NCBI GenBank assembly: GCA_963693365.1
Contig: CAVNZM010000008.1
Location: 2,510,313 to 2,574,312, forward strand
DNA: 64,000 nucleotides
Source: Amoebidium appalachense
Taxonomy: Eukaryota > Protista > Ichthyosporea
Reading direction: 5' to 3'
The number at the start of each line of letters is the position of its first letter. Within the stretch, counting starts at the first letter, position 1. This document shows positions 1-54,840 of this stretch, piece after piece. A program made the position numbers and the translations under genes. The notes under the pieces are model-generated. The model saw nothing but the letters and a program-made list of their open reading frames with translations. It made no database searches and was not told the DNA's origin.

Positions 1-74
<74 letters not shown>

Positions 75-111
75 GCACACACACACACACATGCACACAC
101 ACACACACGTG

Positions 112-172
<61 letters not shown>

Positions 173-240
173 CACTGGCACCCTTGTCATCCAATGGGTG
201 GGTTTATAGCCCACTGGGCTTTTTGTGTATGTCGTATGGG

Positions 241-282
<42 letters not shown>

Positions 283-311
283 CTGGGGAGGGAGGAGGAG
301 GAGGCACGTAC

Positions 312-29114
<28,803 letters not shown>

Positions 29115-30891
29115 ACTGCCGCCCCCAACCCCTAAAACCTGCACAGGCAATAGTGTTGTGCACTTCTTCTTCGCCTCTGCTGTCTGTTTTCTGAGTACAT
29201 CACTGAATACAAAAACCTCGCAAAAACCTCTCCGGCAAAAACGTAAGTACTCAGTTGCAATTGAGCTCAGCACTTTTCGGAAGATGTGCCCCTTAGTCAA
29301 GGTTGATCCTCAGCGCAACGATCGGTAACCTAAAGGGCCGGGTATATGGAATCTGTATGTTCAAGTTAGCTGCTGCTTCATCCACAAATATTACAACAAG
29401 AAATGATTTCAACTTTCTAATATATATATATGGATCATATTTAGTGTTGTAATTTCTTTCTATATGTCAATTATATGCACGCTCTCAAGCCTACAAACGT
29501 ATCCTCCCAAGTTAGCGTAAACTTTTGAAGAAATGGGCTGAAATAGGGTTTACAAACATTCTCTTTTTTGACAAAAGAGCTGATTCTTGATTGGCTACAA
29601 CTAGTGAGCCAGCTGCTCGCGCACGGTTATTTCCACCAATCAGCATCGTCCGACTACCTCACATGCAGCTCACATGACTCACTCATCGCGCACTCAACGA
29701 ACTACGTTTTCCGGCTTCGTTTTCTAAAACTTCTCTTCATCCCATGACCCTCATCCTGGCCATTGCAATGTTTGTCTCAACTTGAGCACAACTTGAGCCT
29801 TTTTTTTTTTCCAACACACTCCAGGTTTCAGTAAGATCTCGCTCACGAGCCAGTGCTTGATGAAGCCTTGCAGGTTAGGAGGAATTGGATTGAGGTCGAG
29901 ATCCAGCCTTTAGAAATTAAGAAGGGAAAGAAAGAAAAGCGTTGTGAATGCATAAAAATAAATAATAATAATAATAAGAGCATCGGTGAAGATACGTGTA
30001 CACGTGTAATGGCTATTATTATGGATGCAATATTGCGAACGTTCCGTTGGATGTGATATAACATGCTAAAACCTTCAAATTTCTAAAAGGCAATGAGAGT
30101 CCACAGTGCAGAGTGAAATTTATTTTTTTTTAAAATGACTTTATTGATGTGCTCATATGTTCGAAGGACACGAAAAAAAGATATCCCAGATATCTCGAGA
30201 GACGATTTCACTCAAATGAGAAGTAGGCTCACTGGAATACGGACGTCGACCCAAAAGTATAAAAATACAAATAAACTAAAGGCAGGAGTGAAAACGATAA
30301 GTTGATATCTCAGCTGCCACAACAAAAAAAACCTCAATAAAGGTGACCTAATATAAATTGAGTCACAGAAATCATTGAGTGAAACGTGTACAATTTCCCC
30401 CACCGATATTGCATATGTACTTGACAACGTGATGGGATAACTCGAAAAACACGAGCCATCCTGTAAGGTGCCGGTGGCAGCATTTCCCATATATGTTAAG
30501 GAAAAGGTAACTAAAGGAATAGTGTTCTCTGCACAAAGGACACAAAACTTTTTTTTTTGTTTTATTTGACTTTTTGGATGTTTCCTTTTAGTGTTTATTT
30601 TGGTTTCGAGCAATCAAAACCAGTTCATTCTGATCCCGGCCCACCGAAGGGTGGCCATGGAATAGAACACATTTAAACGGCTGTTCTTCTGTGTTTTTTT
30701 GTGTGTGTTTTATTTTTGTACCAATCAAGACCAGCTCACGGATTAGCTACGTTTTCGCGGTCTTTCACCATACAAGTACCCAATTCGCCCTTACAGAGGG
30801 AAGTAAAAAGCAGCCCCGTCCCCCTCTTCACCCCCTCCTCCCCCCCCCCCCCCCTCCTCACCCCCCCCCCCCCCCCCCCCCCCCACCCCCC

Positions 30892-30937
<46 letters not shown>

Positions 30938-31189
30938 AAAAAACAAAAAAAGAACAGCAAAGAAAACACAAAGAAGAATAAGGGTAACGACACCGGTGAC
31001 CTCTATTCCCAATTCTTGAACAAGACCTCCTCAACAACTAACGTCGAACTACTTCATTCAAAACTTTGAACACCGCAAGCCCTAACATAGATCCGCTTAT
31101 AAAAAATAAAAATAAAATAAAAAAATAAAAAATAAAAAATCAGGCCGGTCAGCACATTTTCAACTGTCAAAAAACCCAACACCTCCCTC

Positions 31190-31432
31190 CTATGCCATCT
31201 TATCGTTCCACATTTTCTTAGACTTTGTGGTTGCCTCGTGTGCTCCAGACATATCCTGCCCATGAGCGTCCGGATTTGCAGGCTTGGGCATCATGTAGAA
31301 GTAGCCGTAGTAGAGGGCACCAATACCAAGCACGGTCAGAATGCCCTTGGCCTCAGGAGGCATTTTTCCGGCCACCTTCTGGGCTGCACGCTGAGTGGCA
31401 CCGGTGGAGGATGAGGTCTGCTGGCTCGACAT
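31190..31432 (-). CDS. Putative 80-aa single-pass membrane microprotein
   Basis: Intronless, non-repetitive ORF with AAC-ATG start context, one hydrophobic segment ILTVLGIGALYYGYFYMM and an AT-rich 3' flank. Confidence 0.65.
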   Translation of the reverse strand: MSSQQTSSSTGATQRAAQKVAGKMPPEAKGILTVLGIGALYYGYFYMMPKPANPDAHGQDMSGAHEATTKSKKMWNDKMA

Positions 31433-32007
31433 GTTGAGTCAGACGTAATGGGTGCAGGAACACGAAACTGTGGGGATGGTTAGGAGTCTGTTGGACTTTT
31501 TTTTTTTTCCTCGCAGGGATAAAAGAGGGATGGGGGGGGGGGGGGATATTAATCAAAATATTTAGGCAAATGGGGCGGGGGGAGGTGGGGGGAGGGGGGG
31601 AGAGGGGGGGGGAGGAGGGGGGGGGGGGGGGGGGGGAGGGGGGAAGAGGCCCTGGGAGAATGTGTTGAAATGGGTACGACTATGAAAGTTTTTTTTTCTT
31701 TTCAAGTGGTGGCAGCGGGATTTTGGCAGCTTCCTTTTTTTTGTGTGTGTGGGGGGGGGGAGGAGGGGGAGGGGGGGAGGGGGGGGGGGGGGGGGGGGGG
31801 GGCTATTGGGTGCTGTACAAGTACATTAGTGCATAGTATTAGTAAAATACGAAGAGGGTGGGAAGCTTTGACCAATAAGGTGATCCATGAATGGGGTAAA
31901 AATGATTAACAACAAAATTGTGTGACATAACAAAGGCATTAATAATTCATTTTTTCCACTTTTTTCTTTGGCTTAGAAATATTCAGCAATTGTCCTCCCT
32001 GCCCCCC

Positions 32008-32043
<36 letters not shown>

Positions 32044-32200
32044 GTGACACCCGTGGTTGCACCCACACGCGCGCACACAAGAAACACACACACATATACC
32101 CGTGCATGCGCACATCTACACGACACAAAAGCACACACATCGTGGTTAAAATTATCAAACACAACCAGTCTTGAGTTTGAGTATGTTTAAGGGGAAAGAA

Positions 32201-32240
<40 letters not shown>

Positions 32241-33650
32241 CACACACAAATTGTAAACCATTGACCCCACACGTGGACCCCGGGGGGGGGGGGACAGTGC
32301 ACTGTCACACGTGTACCGTCACACAGGCGCACTAGACACGTGTGTCGCTCTATCAAAACTCCAGGATTTGGTCCCCCCACAATCTAATTTTTACCGTTGG
32401 GCTAGCACACATTCACCGATGAAATTTCCACTCCATTTCCACACCACACATGAACTAATGCAAACACATGCAAAGCACACCTATGGCCCACCTCAAGTAA
32501 GATGCTCCAGCGGCAAGCAATTAACCCTTGTTAAAAAGCAATCCAGAAAAATGCTTGGAAATGTAATACTATGCTGCAGTGTTCGTGTGGTTTAAATTGG
32601 CTGCTCCTTCAAGTTGGCTTCTGTTTCTTCTTGAGGGGAGAAAGAATAAAAATCGTTCACCTGTCTATGCTTACATTACAGTGACAAACTGATTGTCTGT
32701 ATACTCGAAAGCTCTCTTGAACCATTCTTATCCCCGGGTTTTTCGTGAGCAGCTCATTAATGCTGTGTCCGACCTGTGAGTTTCAAAGTGATGCAAGGTC
32801 ACGTGTATCATTTTGAGCTTGTTATCAATTCAGCCGAGCCAGACGTGCACGGGCCAAGATCTCTGGGCATTTTGCTTTCAAAATATGCCCGGTGTGGTAC
32901 ATGTGTATACATCTTTATTCTGATCCACTCGAATCATTTCTTGTGCTTAGCTTTCCACCTGGCCATATTACCCATTCCCTCCCTCCCCCCCTGGGGGAGG
33001 GAGGGAGGGATCCCTCCTTTTCAATGCCGTGGTGGAGGGATTTTCAGTTTACACAAACCTCATTTTTCAGATACTATTTTTCTTTTGAATTTCTTTTGAT
33101 TTTCTCTCAGTCAAAGGAGAGGAAAAAGATTTTCTCTCTTTCTTTTGAATGGGTTCTCCCCCCCCCCCCCCCCCCCCCCCTCCCCCCCCCCCCCCAAAAA
33201 AAAAAAAAAAAAAAAAAAAAAGGAAACACGATGAAGGTGCAATTTGTGAATGAGGCTGGGCCGAACACGATATTGTCAAAACAGTACACCACAGCTGGGT
33301 CACGATCTAGCTTCTGCTGACAGCTCGAAATGTACATCAGCTATCCCGTACCACCCGACTGCTGGTGTGATCGCGTTTTCCGAAACAAAACACAGCTCTG
33401 GGTCTCAGAGCCGTCAAAAAAGGATTTGTTGGAAGAATACCCGTGTTGGGTGTTCATCTTTTACCTACTTTCAACTACACCAACCCTGCAAAATATACCC
33501 TGCTCACCTGTCTACCCACTGTGCCAACAGTCCTTCCGTTTACCACGGAGAACAAAAAAATTATACCTTATAGAAGTTCTCTTTTCAGCCCCACAAATCT
33601 TTAACGAAATTTCTTCCAACTCTTTGAATTTATCCGCACCAAACACCACC

Positions 33651-33830
33651 ATGACTCGTGCGACAGTCAACCAAACCAACATCCCCAAGTCGGGAATGTC
33701 CCCCGGACCCGTCAGCCCCTACCTTACAGTGGGCATAGTGGTGGGGGGCATTGGGTTCCTTTACTACCTCAAGCGCACCATGAACCAGGAAAACATCGAG
33801 AAGGGCCCCTCTCCACCCACCCACGTGTGA
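33651..33830 (+). CDS. Putative 59-aa single-pass membrane microprotein (MTRATVNQ...PPTHV)
   Basis: Strong CACCACC-ATG context at 33651, GC-rich third codon positions, TM segment YLTVGIVVGGIGFLYYL followed by KR. It is the C-terminal part of track ORF 33330-33830. Confidence 0.6.
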   Translation: MTRATVNQTNIPKSGMSPGPVSPYLTVGIVVGGIGFLYYLKRTMNQENIEKGPSPPTHV

Positions 33831-36248
33831 GAAAATCTGCATTGAGTTTCCGGTCCGTCCTCTTCAAGCGGCTTCCTTTTGGGAATGTCTAGAACCTTCG
33901 TACGGTCATTTCAAGTATCCATATTGATGTTGGAGTAGAGCCCTATGTGTATAGCAGGGCTCGGTTTTCACAAAGGAAATGGGTGTTTCTTTCTTTTTTT
34001 TTTTTTGTAGGTGATTGAGGGGGAGGGGAGAGGGGGGAGGGGGGGGGGGGGGGGGCTGGGGGTGGGGGGGGGGGGGGAGGGGGGGGGGGGGGGAGAGGGG
34101 GGGAAAGGGGGGGGGGGGGGGGGGGAGGGGGGAGAGGGGGGAGGGGGGATGGAACAGTCGCTGATGCATGGTGAAAGTGGAACGAGGACGTTTTTACCAC
34201 CCATTGAATTTTACTCCAGAAGGTGTAGTGTGAATCTAGGAGCTTGGGTAACACGTGGGAGTTGAAACCCGTTGGACGTATTGATAGGGATACGGTAGGT
34301 GTTATGCTTCAACCTTTCAGTCACAGGAAGTGTCATGGATCAACCAGGCAGGATTTGTGTGGTTTCAACCATTTAAGAATACGCGTGTTGTCCATTGAGT
34401 CTGTGGTGCAACCCACAACAAATGTGTGGCTGCACCTTCGAAGCAATGCTCGTCGTCTGATAATCCCCCCCTCCCCCCCCCTCTCTCCCTCCCTTCTGTA
34501 GTAAACTCCTACCCACCCCCGTCCACGAATAAACCCCCCTTCCCTTTCCTCACGCATGCGGGAGCGCCAATCATGACTGTTTCACGCATGCACGTGCAGA
34601 AAAGTCAGGATCCCTCACAAACACATACACCGGAACCACGACCACTGACCATGTGTCCCTCCCCTCCCCCTCCCCTCTCCCCCCCCTCCCCCCCCCCTCC
34701 CCCTCCCCCCCCCCCCCCCCCCCCCCCCCCCCGTTCTCCCCTCCCTCAACCCCCTTCCCCGGGCCCCCCCGGCTCCATCCGGTATCCCCACGTGCGTGGG
34801 TCATTGGTTATACTTGCACCCTTTTTAAGCTACAACACAACAGTTACACGCTAAATTACTCAACTCTCCAGACTTGCTAGTCTACTGAAGCTATCCAAAG
34901 TCCCATTATACCACCAATTCCACTTCATGTATACAACTAGAAATGTATGAGTGGAATTCACGTCCAGGTTTGCTCCCTCACCTGAGTAATGGCCTGAATG
35001 TTTTACAAAAATGTGCATGCTCAGTGAATTGCAAACTCCCATTGACCAGCACCTGCGCACATAACATACACACCCGCCCTACCCAGACACGCATGGAGGA
35101 CACGGGCTCACACATGTGCAACAGTATTCGCACAAGCATACATGTGTGCCCAAAGGAGTTCTGCACAACTAGAAGATTTTTTCTTCAGGAGAGCCCGGAA
35201 CTACATCAGCAAAGTCAATTACACACAAAAACGATGCCCGAATATACTATAGTGGTGTCGTATAACTCATGGGGGAAGGGAGGAGGGGGGAAGGGGAGAG
35301 GGGGAAGGGGGGAGGGGGGAGGGAGAGGGGGTAAGCACACCAGTGGTTAAAAATCATGTATGTAAAAACTGAACACACACAACAGAGTAGAGACCCGTCG
35401 AACCACAAGCGTGCGCGATTATTTATTTTCGATTATTTCACCGACGATTACTAACTTTAATCTATAGGTACTGCTGCTCATTCAACACGAGACAAACACC
35501 GTCGATACATGTATTGACTTCCGTGTGTGGTGATGATTGGTGCTCGAATTAGAGGTAACGTTATGGATTTGCAATGTTTTTAGGAGGGCTATCCGCACCA
35601 GCTAAAAAAAAAAGAAAAATCCTGAGTTAGTTAAATTATCATAAAAACCTAACAACAGTGAACGATATTCCGGAACTAAATATCATAGGGGAGGCAACCC
35701 GAAAGATACCGAGTATTAGAGTGGATGTGTGGGCACTTAGCTACCCTGGTTCTACTATTGGGATAGAAGGCAAAGGGGAAAAAAGGGGTGGGAGGGGGTC
35801 TAATATCGGTGGGATCTAGCCGGATAGTTGTTTAAGGGCGCACAGGAAATGTTACCTTATTAGGAATGCGGCATAGATTGGAGAACAAAACTACAAACAT
35901 AACCATACGTGAAATTACGATCATTGGATATTGCATAAACGGAAGTGTAAATATTCGTGCATGCAAAACCTACGTATCTATCTGTCTTTTGGAAAAGCTA
36001 AACTAAAAATTTCGAATTCTCGAAAGCCGCAATCCCTTTAACGTAACAAGTCTTCCTCCACCATCCAACCTTAAGGCCCACCACATGGCCCCCCCTTTCC
36101 CCCCTCCCCCCCCCCCCCCCCCCCCCCCTAATAGTCCACCGACCACCAACCACAAGGATACTGTGCTCTTGCATCCTCATTTCCATATATAGATATCCGA
36201 TATCCGAATATCCGCGTGTTTCCATTCCCTTGATTACGTAATTTCAGG

Positions 36249-49324
<13,076 letters not shown>

Positions 49325-52062
49325 TCGCAAGCCTGGGGAGAAGCGTAAATGTGTCTTGTAACGTTCGTCCACGTCAAATCCTGCTTTTGCTCATACACAG
49401 AAGGAAGACTGAAGGAGGAGGAATAAACTATGGATCAAGAGCTTTAAGAGAACGCGTCGTCAATATCGTAAATGTACTTGTTGCAAAAAAAAAAAAAAGG
49501 TGTTGCATTGTGGACAGACACTGTGATGATGCATGTGCCTGATGCAGCGCTCGTAGAACAAGGCTGTGGGCTGTGCGAAGGCACGCAGAGGGAGGGCAGA
49601 GAAATGCGGGCACAGTGGCTCATAAAGAGGAGAGGTGTTATCAAGTAAAACAGGACATTTTAAAGACCATATAGAAAGAGTAATAGAGAAAAAAAATAAA
49701 GATAATAAATTTCAAAAAAAAAGATACTAGAATCTTTTACCACAGCAAAATTCTTTTTTTCTAAAATAGCTTGAGTGTGACATAGACGCTCACTTGTTGT
49801 CCGCGAGTATTTCCAAATATATTAAATTGACTTTTGCATCGCTCACAACTCTATGACTGTGTGCCGCCGAGCTCCGAAGTTTGCAATACCCCATATGATG
49901 CTCACTAAACTAAACCCTCAATTAATAGCAATATTGTTTTTCACAGTGATCAATAATTCTCTCATATACCTCGATGATTGTTTTGTGCAGTGAAGAATAG
50001 CCTGACACCAAAACATAAGCGGGTAAGTGGATTGAATGCTGGCCTTCTGGCACCTCTTAATTAGCGCGGTGACGCAGAAAAAGCTAGGAGTCGATTGATT
50101 GGATACCCATCACCTATGGTATGCTTGGATCACCTCGCAAAAGTTGCTAATCAAAGAAAAATATTTGTATAACTCTTTCACGGAATGTGTATTTAGGCAA
50201 TAGTTTATATTATAAGCACTTTATATACTACAATATTAAAGTTACAAAATAATATGAGAGCATCACGTTCTTCCAAGTGGCACTCGAGCAGTAGATGTAG
50301 CAACTATTACTGGGTTTTAGTCACTTATTTGGATTGCCATAGCATACCTGAGCTGATCTTTCGCCAGCTGATGCACAGCTATTGGCTCCAGCTTTTAGAT
50401 TTGAACCCAACCTGATTGGCTGTTTCAAACCATGTTGGTGCTCCTGCGTCCAATCAAAACCATACCCGGTACAGCCCTGTACAGGGAAATACCGAACCCT
50501 GTAACCCGAAATAGGTTGGAGGCTTGGTGTGCTCTTTGAGCTGGCTTCATCATTGCATGCTGCTGCGGCCCTGCCCATGCACGGGCATGTAACATAACAT
50601 TATGATATCTTGCTGTGTGAAGCATTGGGAATAAGTGGTTTATTGATTGGCTAAGCTCACACACAAGGACAGGGGCGGATGCAAGCTTGCTGTACATGTG
50701 TGGAACAGTGAAACTGAGTGGTTGGTTGGTTGGCTAGACTTGCACACAAAGACAATTGCAAGGGCACACTTTTTTCCCGCGGCCAGGTCACTGCTGCAGC
50801 TCATGATCAGGGACACGCATGTACATGTAGGCAGACATGTATGTCACCGTACATGTACATGTGGGCCTGCCGTCTGGGTAGCTCGTCTCCATTCAATAGG
50901 ATTGTAAGAATGAAGGCTTCAGTGAACTAGTAGTTGGAAGGGAGGCAGGGAGGGAGGGAGGGAGGGAGGGGGGGGGGGGGGGGGGGGGGTTACGGGGGGG
51001 GGTTGGGACCAGGGGAGAGGGGGGGAGGGGGGGAGGGGGGGGGGGGGGGGGGGGGCAGGGGTCCATGACCATACATGTGCCACAAATATGTGCGTGGACC
51101 CGTGCATGCATGTACACAGTGTCATGTGAGTGAAGGTGTGCACAATAGTGGCAGCTGGAGGTAAGTTTTTTCTGGGTGTGGATCGCTGCTAGCGGCTGTG
51201 TGTGCGTGTGGCTCACCGGGCCTACTGGCCACATGTACAACCAGAAACCTTGTTTGTGTGCAGTGTGTTCATGCGTTCCTGACCCCATTCGTGCTCCGTG
51301 CCGAGTAAAGCCGAGCTGTGCGCAATTGCTGTCCGACCCTGATTAACTGATGTTATTTACATTTTTTGCCATAATTAGACATCCCTGCCCCCTCCCCTCC
51401 CCCCCCTCCCCCCTCCCCCCCCCCCTCCCCCGTTGTTAGTATGTGTTCTTTCAACCTTTCTTTCTTCCTTTCATCCACACCCGCGAAACAAGGCTTACTT
51501 AGTCGACTACACGAAACTTGCAAATGCCACTCCACCAAATGAATTCGATTGAATGGCATGAGAAAGACATATATCATAACATATGAATGTGCTGCGTACA
51601 TATACAGTTGTGAACATACCGCGGTGATGTGCTTGGCCAGATGATGGGGTTGGACGTGAATGGGCTTGTCTCTTTGCTTTGGTTGTTTGTTGGCGTGAAT
51701 ATACATCAGAATTTTGACTGTTGAATTGTACTTTATTCAATTCAATTCGTTGACATAAATTCAGTGTATGTATTTGGATTATTTCATATATTAAGATTTC
51801 ATATTCACATTTACAAGAGGACTATTACTTTACATCCGTGTAATTGCTATATCTAACAGAACTAACAGAACCATCTACAAATTGGACATGAATAAACTTT
51901 CCTCTAAAAACTATTTACCTTCTCGAATGTATGACCAAGAAAAAACATCTTAAAAATATCATTGTCGCAGCCTAGCACCCCCCCCCCCCACACACACACA
52001 CTACACACGAACCAGACAAACTTAAGTACAACACTACCCCCCCCCCCTGAACAACGCACGTT

Positions 52063-53637
52063 TCAACACGACATGCAGACACTGGCATCTTGTGTTGATC
52101 TGCGGGACCCAGACTGTTTGCGCCCACGGTTACGCCTCCCCCCCGCTGCCCTAGCCCTTTTCGGCCTGGGGACTACCTCAAGCGTCACACCCTCGACCGT
52201 CAGCGGCTTGATGCCCGGAAACTGGCGCTCCATCATGGCACGCAGGTTGCCGTAACCATGGGTCGCTAGAATGTGTGGCATGTTGTCACCCATCCACATC
52301 TCCGTGTTGCTTATGACCGTGAACGCCTGGCGTGCCGTGATCTCCGTGCAGTAGCGGACAGGCGTGCCCCACGCCTCGGCACGCAGTTTGATGGCGTTCT
52401 GGATGGCACCGCGCGCTGTGAGCGTGTTTACAGTGCGCCGGGTGCACGCCACCAGCACGTCCACGTTGAGCACGCTGTTAGTGAACTCCTGCACCAGCTC
52501 AATGGCCCCCTTGGTCTCGCCGTTAAACAGCGCACCGACGATGCTGATGGGCAGGTTGCTCAGGCGTGCACGGAGGTGCGGGTAGCCGTTGAGCGTGGAC
52601 TTGTCTGCATCGGTGGGGAGCACGCGTGGGTTGATGGTATTGGGATCGGAGTCGAACTGCTCCATCAGGGCTTGGTTGACACGGGAGCGCTCTGCAATGG
52701 TCTGGTTGGCCTGGGCAATGGTCTGGTTAGCCTGCGCCAGCATGAGGGACCTCTCGCGTAGCATGGTGTCCTTCTCGCGCATGGTGGCGTCGTAGACGGC
52801 GATCTGCTTTTCATAACCATCCTTCACAAGAGCAAGGGCCTGGGCCTGGCCTTCTTGCATTTCGGTGAAGGTGCGCTTGAGATCGCGAATGGTGTTGTCC
52901 TTCTCCTCGATGATGGGCTTGACGGTGCTGTCAAAGAAGCTGCGCATGGCATCGAGGAAGCCGTTCGAAGGGTCCGCCCGGGCCGCACGCACCTCGTCCA
53001 TGTCGATGGCCATCTTGCTGGTGGTGGCCCCGTTGTAGTTGTCGCAGATGTCGATGACATCCGCCAGCACCGTGTAGTCGCCCGTGAACATGCGCGAGAG
53101 CAGTGCGTCCGTGTGCACGGCAAAGTCGGTGGAGACGTAGCGGGCAAGCGCCGGGAACAGCGCGATGTGAACGAAGGTGCCGCGCAGGGCTGGGTCACCG
53201 GACTTCTTGTTGGCATTGGAGGTGTCGATGACGTCATCAACAGTCACGTGACGAGCGGTTCCAAAAGGAACCGCTCCTATTTCGGTCACGTGACGAGCGG
53301 TTCCAAAAGGAACCGCTCCTGTTCCGTCTGACGATAGCTTCCTAAGGATCGCTTCGATGAGTTCATTGTGCTTGTTCTTCCACAGCACCACCTTCTTCTC
53401 GGCCCCATCCCCCGCCTTCTCGGTGTTGTACTCGCGCCCCACGTTGCACAGCATGGTGCCGTTGAAGTAGACGTGCCCGTTGGGGTAGGTGGTGGTCACG
53501 GTCAGCACCTTGTCGCCGAAGTCCATGGCGGGCGGGGCGCGCACCTCCTTGAACGCAGGGTAGGCAGGGGTTGCCGGCTGTGGGGAAGCAGCGACCACCT
53601 CGTCCTTGGGCGCAGCGACGTTCATGTCGAACTCCAT
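52063..53637 (-). CDS. KilA-N (APSES-like) domain protein with central coiled coil and basic C-terminus, ~524 aa
   Basis: GHVYFNGTMLC...KKVVLW...LRGTFVHIALFPALARYVSTDFAV fits the KilA-N pattern (YINAT.LC...W...GTYVH..L...A.WIS..F). First ATG at 53637, with TATATAAA ~70 bp upstream. Intronless. Confidence 0.8.
   Translation of the reverse strand: MEFDMNVAAPKDEVVAASPQPATPAYPAFKEVRAPPAMDFGDKVLTVTTTYPNGHVYFNGTMLCNVGREYNTEKAGDGAEKKVVLWKNKHNELIEAILRKLSSDGTGAVPFGTARHVTEIGAVPFGTARHVTVDDVIDTSNANKKSGDPALRGTFVHIALFPALARYVSTDFAVHTDALLSRMFTGDYTVLADVIDICDNYNGATTSKMAIDMDEVRAARADPSNGFLDAMRSFFDSTVKPIIEEKDNTIRDLKRTFTEMQEGQAQALALVKDGYEKQIAVYDATMREKDTMLRERSLMLAQANQTIAQANQTIAERSRVNQALMEQFDSDPNTINPRVLPTDADKSTLNGYPHLRARLSNLPISIVGALFNGETKGAIELVQEFTNSVLNVDVLVACTRRTVNTLTARGAIQNAIKLRAEAWGTPVRYCTEITARQAFTVISNTEMWMGDNMPHILATHGYGNLRAMMERQFPGIKPLTVEGVTLEVVPRPKRARAAGGRRNRGRKQSGSRRSTQDASVCMSC
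53227..53320. repeat. In-frame 42-bp tandem duplication made of palindromes inside the KilA-N coding region
   Basis: GATGACGTCATC (53227-53238), then twice GTCACGTGAC + GAGCGGTTCC-AAAA-GGAACCGCTC (starting 53243 and 53285). Encodes GAVPFGTARHVT twice. Confidence 0.95.
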
Positions 53638-53835
53638 GTTTGCGTAGGTTGTTTGTTCGTTCGGTACTTGATAGCAGAATGAAGCATCCAGGCGCACATT
53701 GGGTTTATATAGTAGCGGGGTGGCTCACACAAAGAATCAGACACGCACTGAAATCCCTGGTCATGCGCCCTCCGCCCATTCGTTCCTTACGTTCTCCAAT
53801 CACAGCCAGTCTGTGCTTTCTGGAATTTTCCAGAT

Positions 53836-54025
53836 TCCAGTGCGTAAGGTGGCGCTTATTCGCTGGCGCCCTTTTCCAACCTCATCCTACCAAGAAATGA
53901 CGATGCAACGCTTCGAGAACCTTCCTACTCCAGTGCGTAAGGTGGCGCTTGTTCGCTGTCGCCCTTTTCCAACCTCATCCTACCAAGAAATGACGATGCA
54001 ACCCCTTCGCGAACCTTCCTACTCC
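53836..54025. repeat. 93-bp direct repeat (2 copies) in the divergent promoter region
   Basis: TCCAGTGCGTAAGGTGGCGCTT...CCTACCAAGAAATGACGATGCAAC at 53836 and 53929. Confidence 0.9.
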
Positions 54026-54082
54026 CGCTCCCAAAACACACGTATGCAACCCGCAGAGGCCAAATAATCCCGCTGTGCATGC

Positions 54083-54289
54083 ATGGAGTCTGGCAACCGG
54101 GTCTGGACGGTGCTTCTGCTTGCGTTTATTGCCTACTCCGTGTGGAGGGAGCTGGGTGTTCCGGAAAATGACGACACCTTCTGGATCAGCAATGTGGAGG
54201 CCATGGCGCCTCGTGAGCCGGTCATCGACAACTCGAGCGGAAAGGAGGTCATCTTTCGCACCTACCGCTACCTGCCGCCGGGTACATAA
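54083..54289 (+). CDS. 68-aa orphan protein with N-terminal TM or signal anchor
   Basis: ATG-initiated ORF with GC-rich codons and hydrophobic segment VWTVLLLAFIAYSVW. Confidence 0.55.
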   Translation: MESGNRVWTVLLLAFIAYSVWRELGVPENDDTFWISNVEAMAPREPVIDNSSGKEVIFRTYRYLPPGT

Positions 54290-54381
54290 GCGCGCGCTCG
54301 GCCGCTCAGTCGTCAGTCTGCACATCCGATGAAACCTGCAACATCAGCCGCAACAGCCGCGCTCCGAGCAGCAAGTTCAAC

Positions 54382-54738
54382 ATGGCCGCCCAAACTACTC
54401 CCGCGCCCTCGCTCAACACCCCCGGCTGCCCCCTCTTCGACTTCTCAACTCTACCACCGCTGCCGGACCTCCCCAGCCTGCCCGGCCTGGCCCCGCCGCC
54501 TGCTCTTCCACCCCTCTCGCTGACCGGCTTCGGCGAGGACCTCAAGCACGGGTCCTACCGCGACTACAAGGAGAGTCTGGAGGTCCTGTACCGCATCATG
54601 CAGCTGCAGGCCAGGCTGACTGCGCCACCCAAGGGGAAGCCCGAGAAGCGCGATGCCACCGAGGACGTCCGCCCGCCGCCCAGCAAGAAGCCCTCCAAGC
54701 GGGTCAAGCCTACACCTGTGGATGCTGATGCCAACTAG
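54382..54738 (+). CDS. 118-aa orphan protein, Pro-rich with a basic NLS-like tail
   Basis: CAAC-ATG-G context, strong C/G bias at third positions, AATAAA at ~54782. Confidence 0.7.
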   Translation: MAAQTTPAPSLNTPGCPLFDFSTLPPLPDLPSLPGLAPPPALPPLSLTGFGEDLKHGSYRDYKESLEVLYRIMQLQARLTAPPKGKPEKRDATEDVRPPPSKKPSKRVKPTPVDADAN

Positions 54739-54840
54739 GACTGGTCCGGCGTCGAGTTTGTCAACTCGCGTCGGCATAGAAAATAAACGAGCGCTGAGCG
54801 CTCACAATAAGTGTGTGTGCAGAGTCTTTGTCCTAGCTGT

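Noticed and set aside
29720-30613. Possible small spliced gene upstream of RME-8 (MGNAATG..., LDLDLNPIPPNLQGFIKHWL)
   Set aside because: Some splice-like sites exist, but I could not assemble a consistent frame or recognise a family. These may be UTR exons.
52273-53682. Plus-strand ORFs overlapping the KilA-N gene (and 55702-56343 over the AntA-like gene)
   Set aside because: They are antisense shadows expected from GC-rich codon usage.
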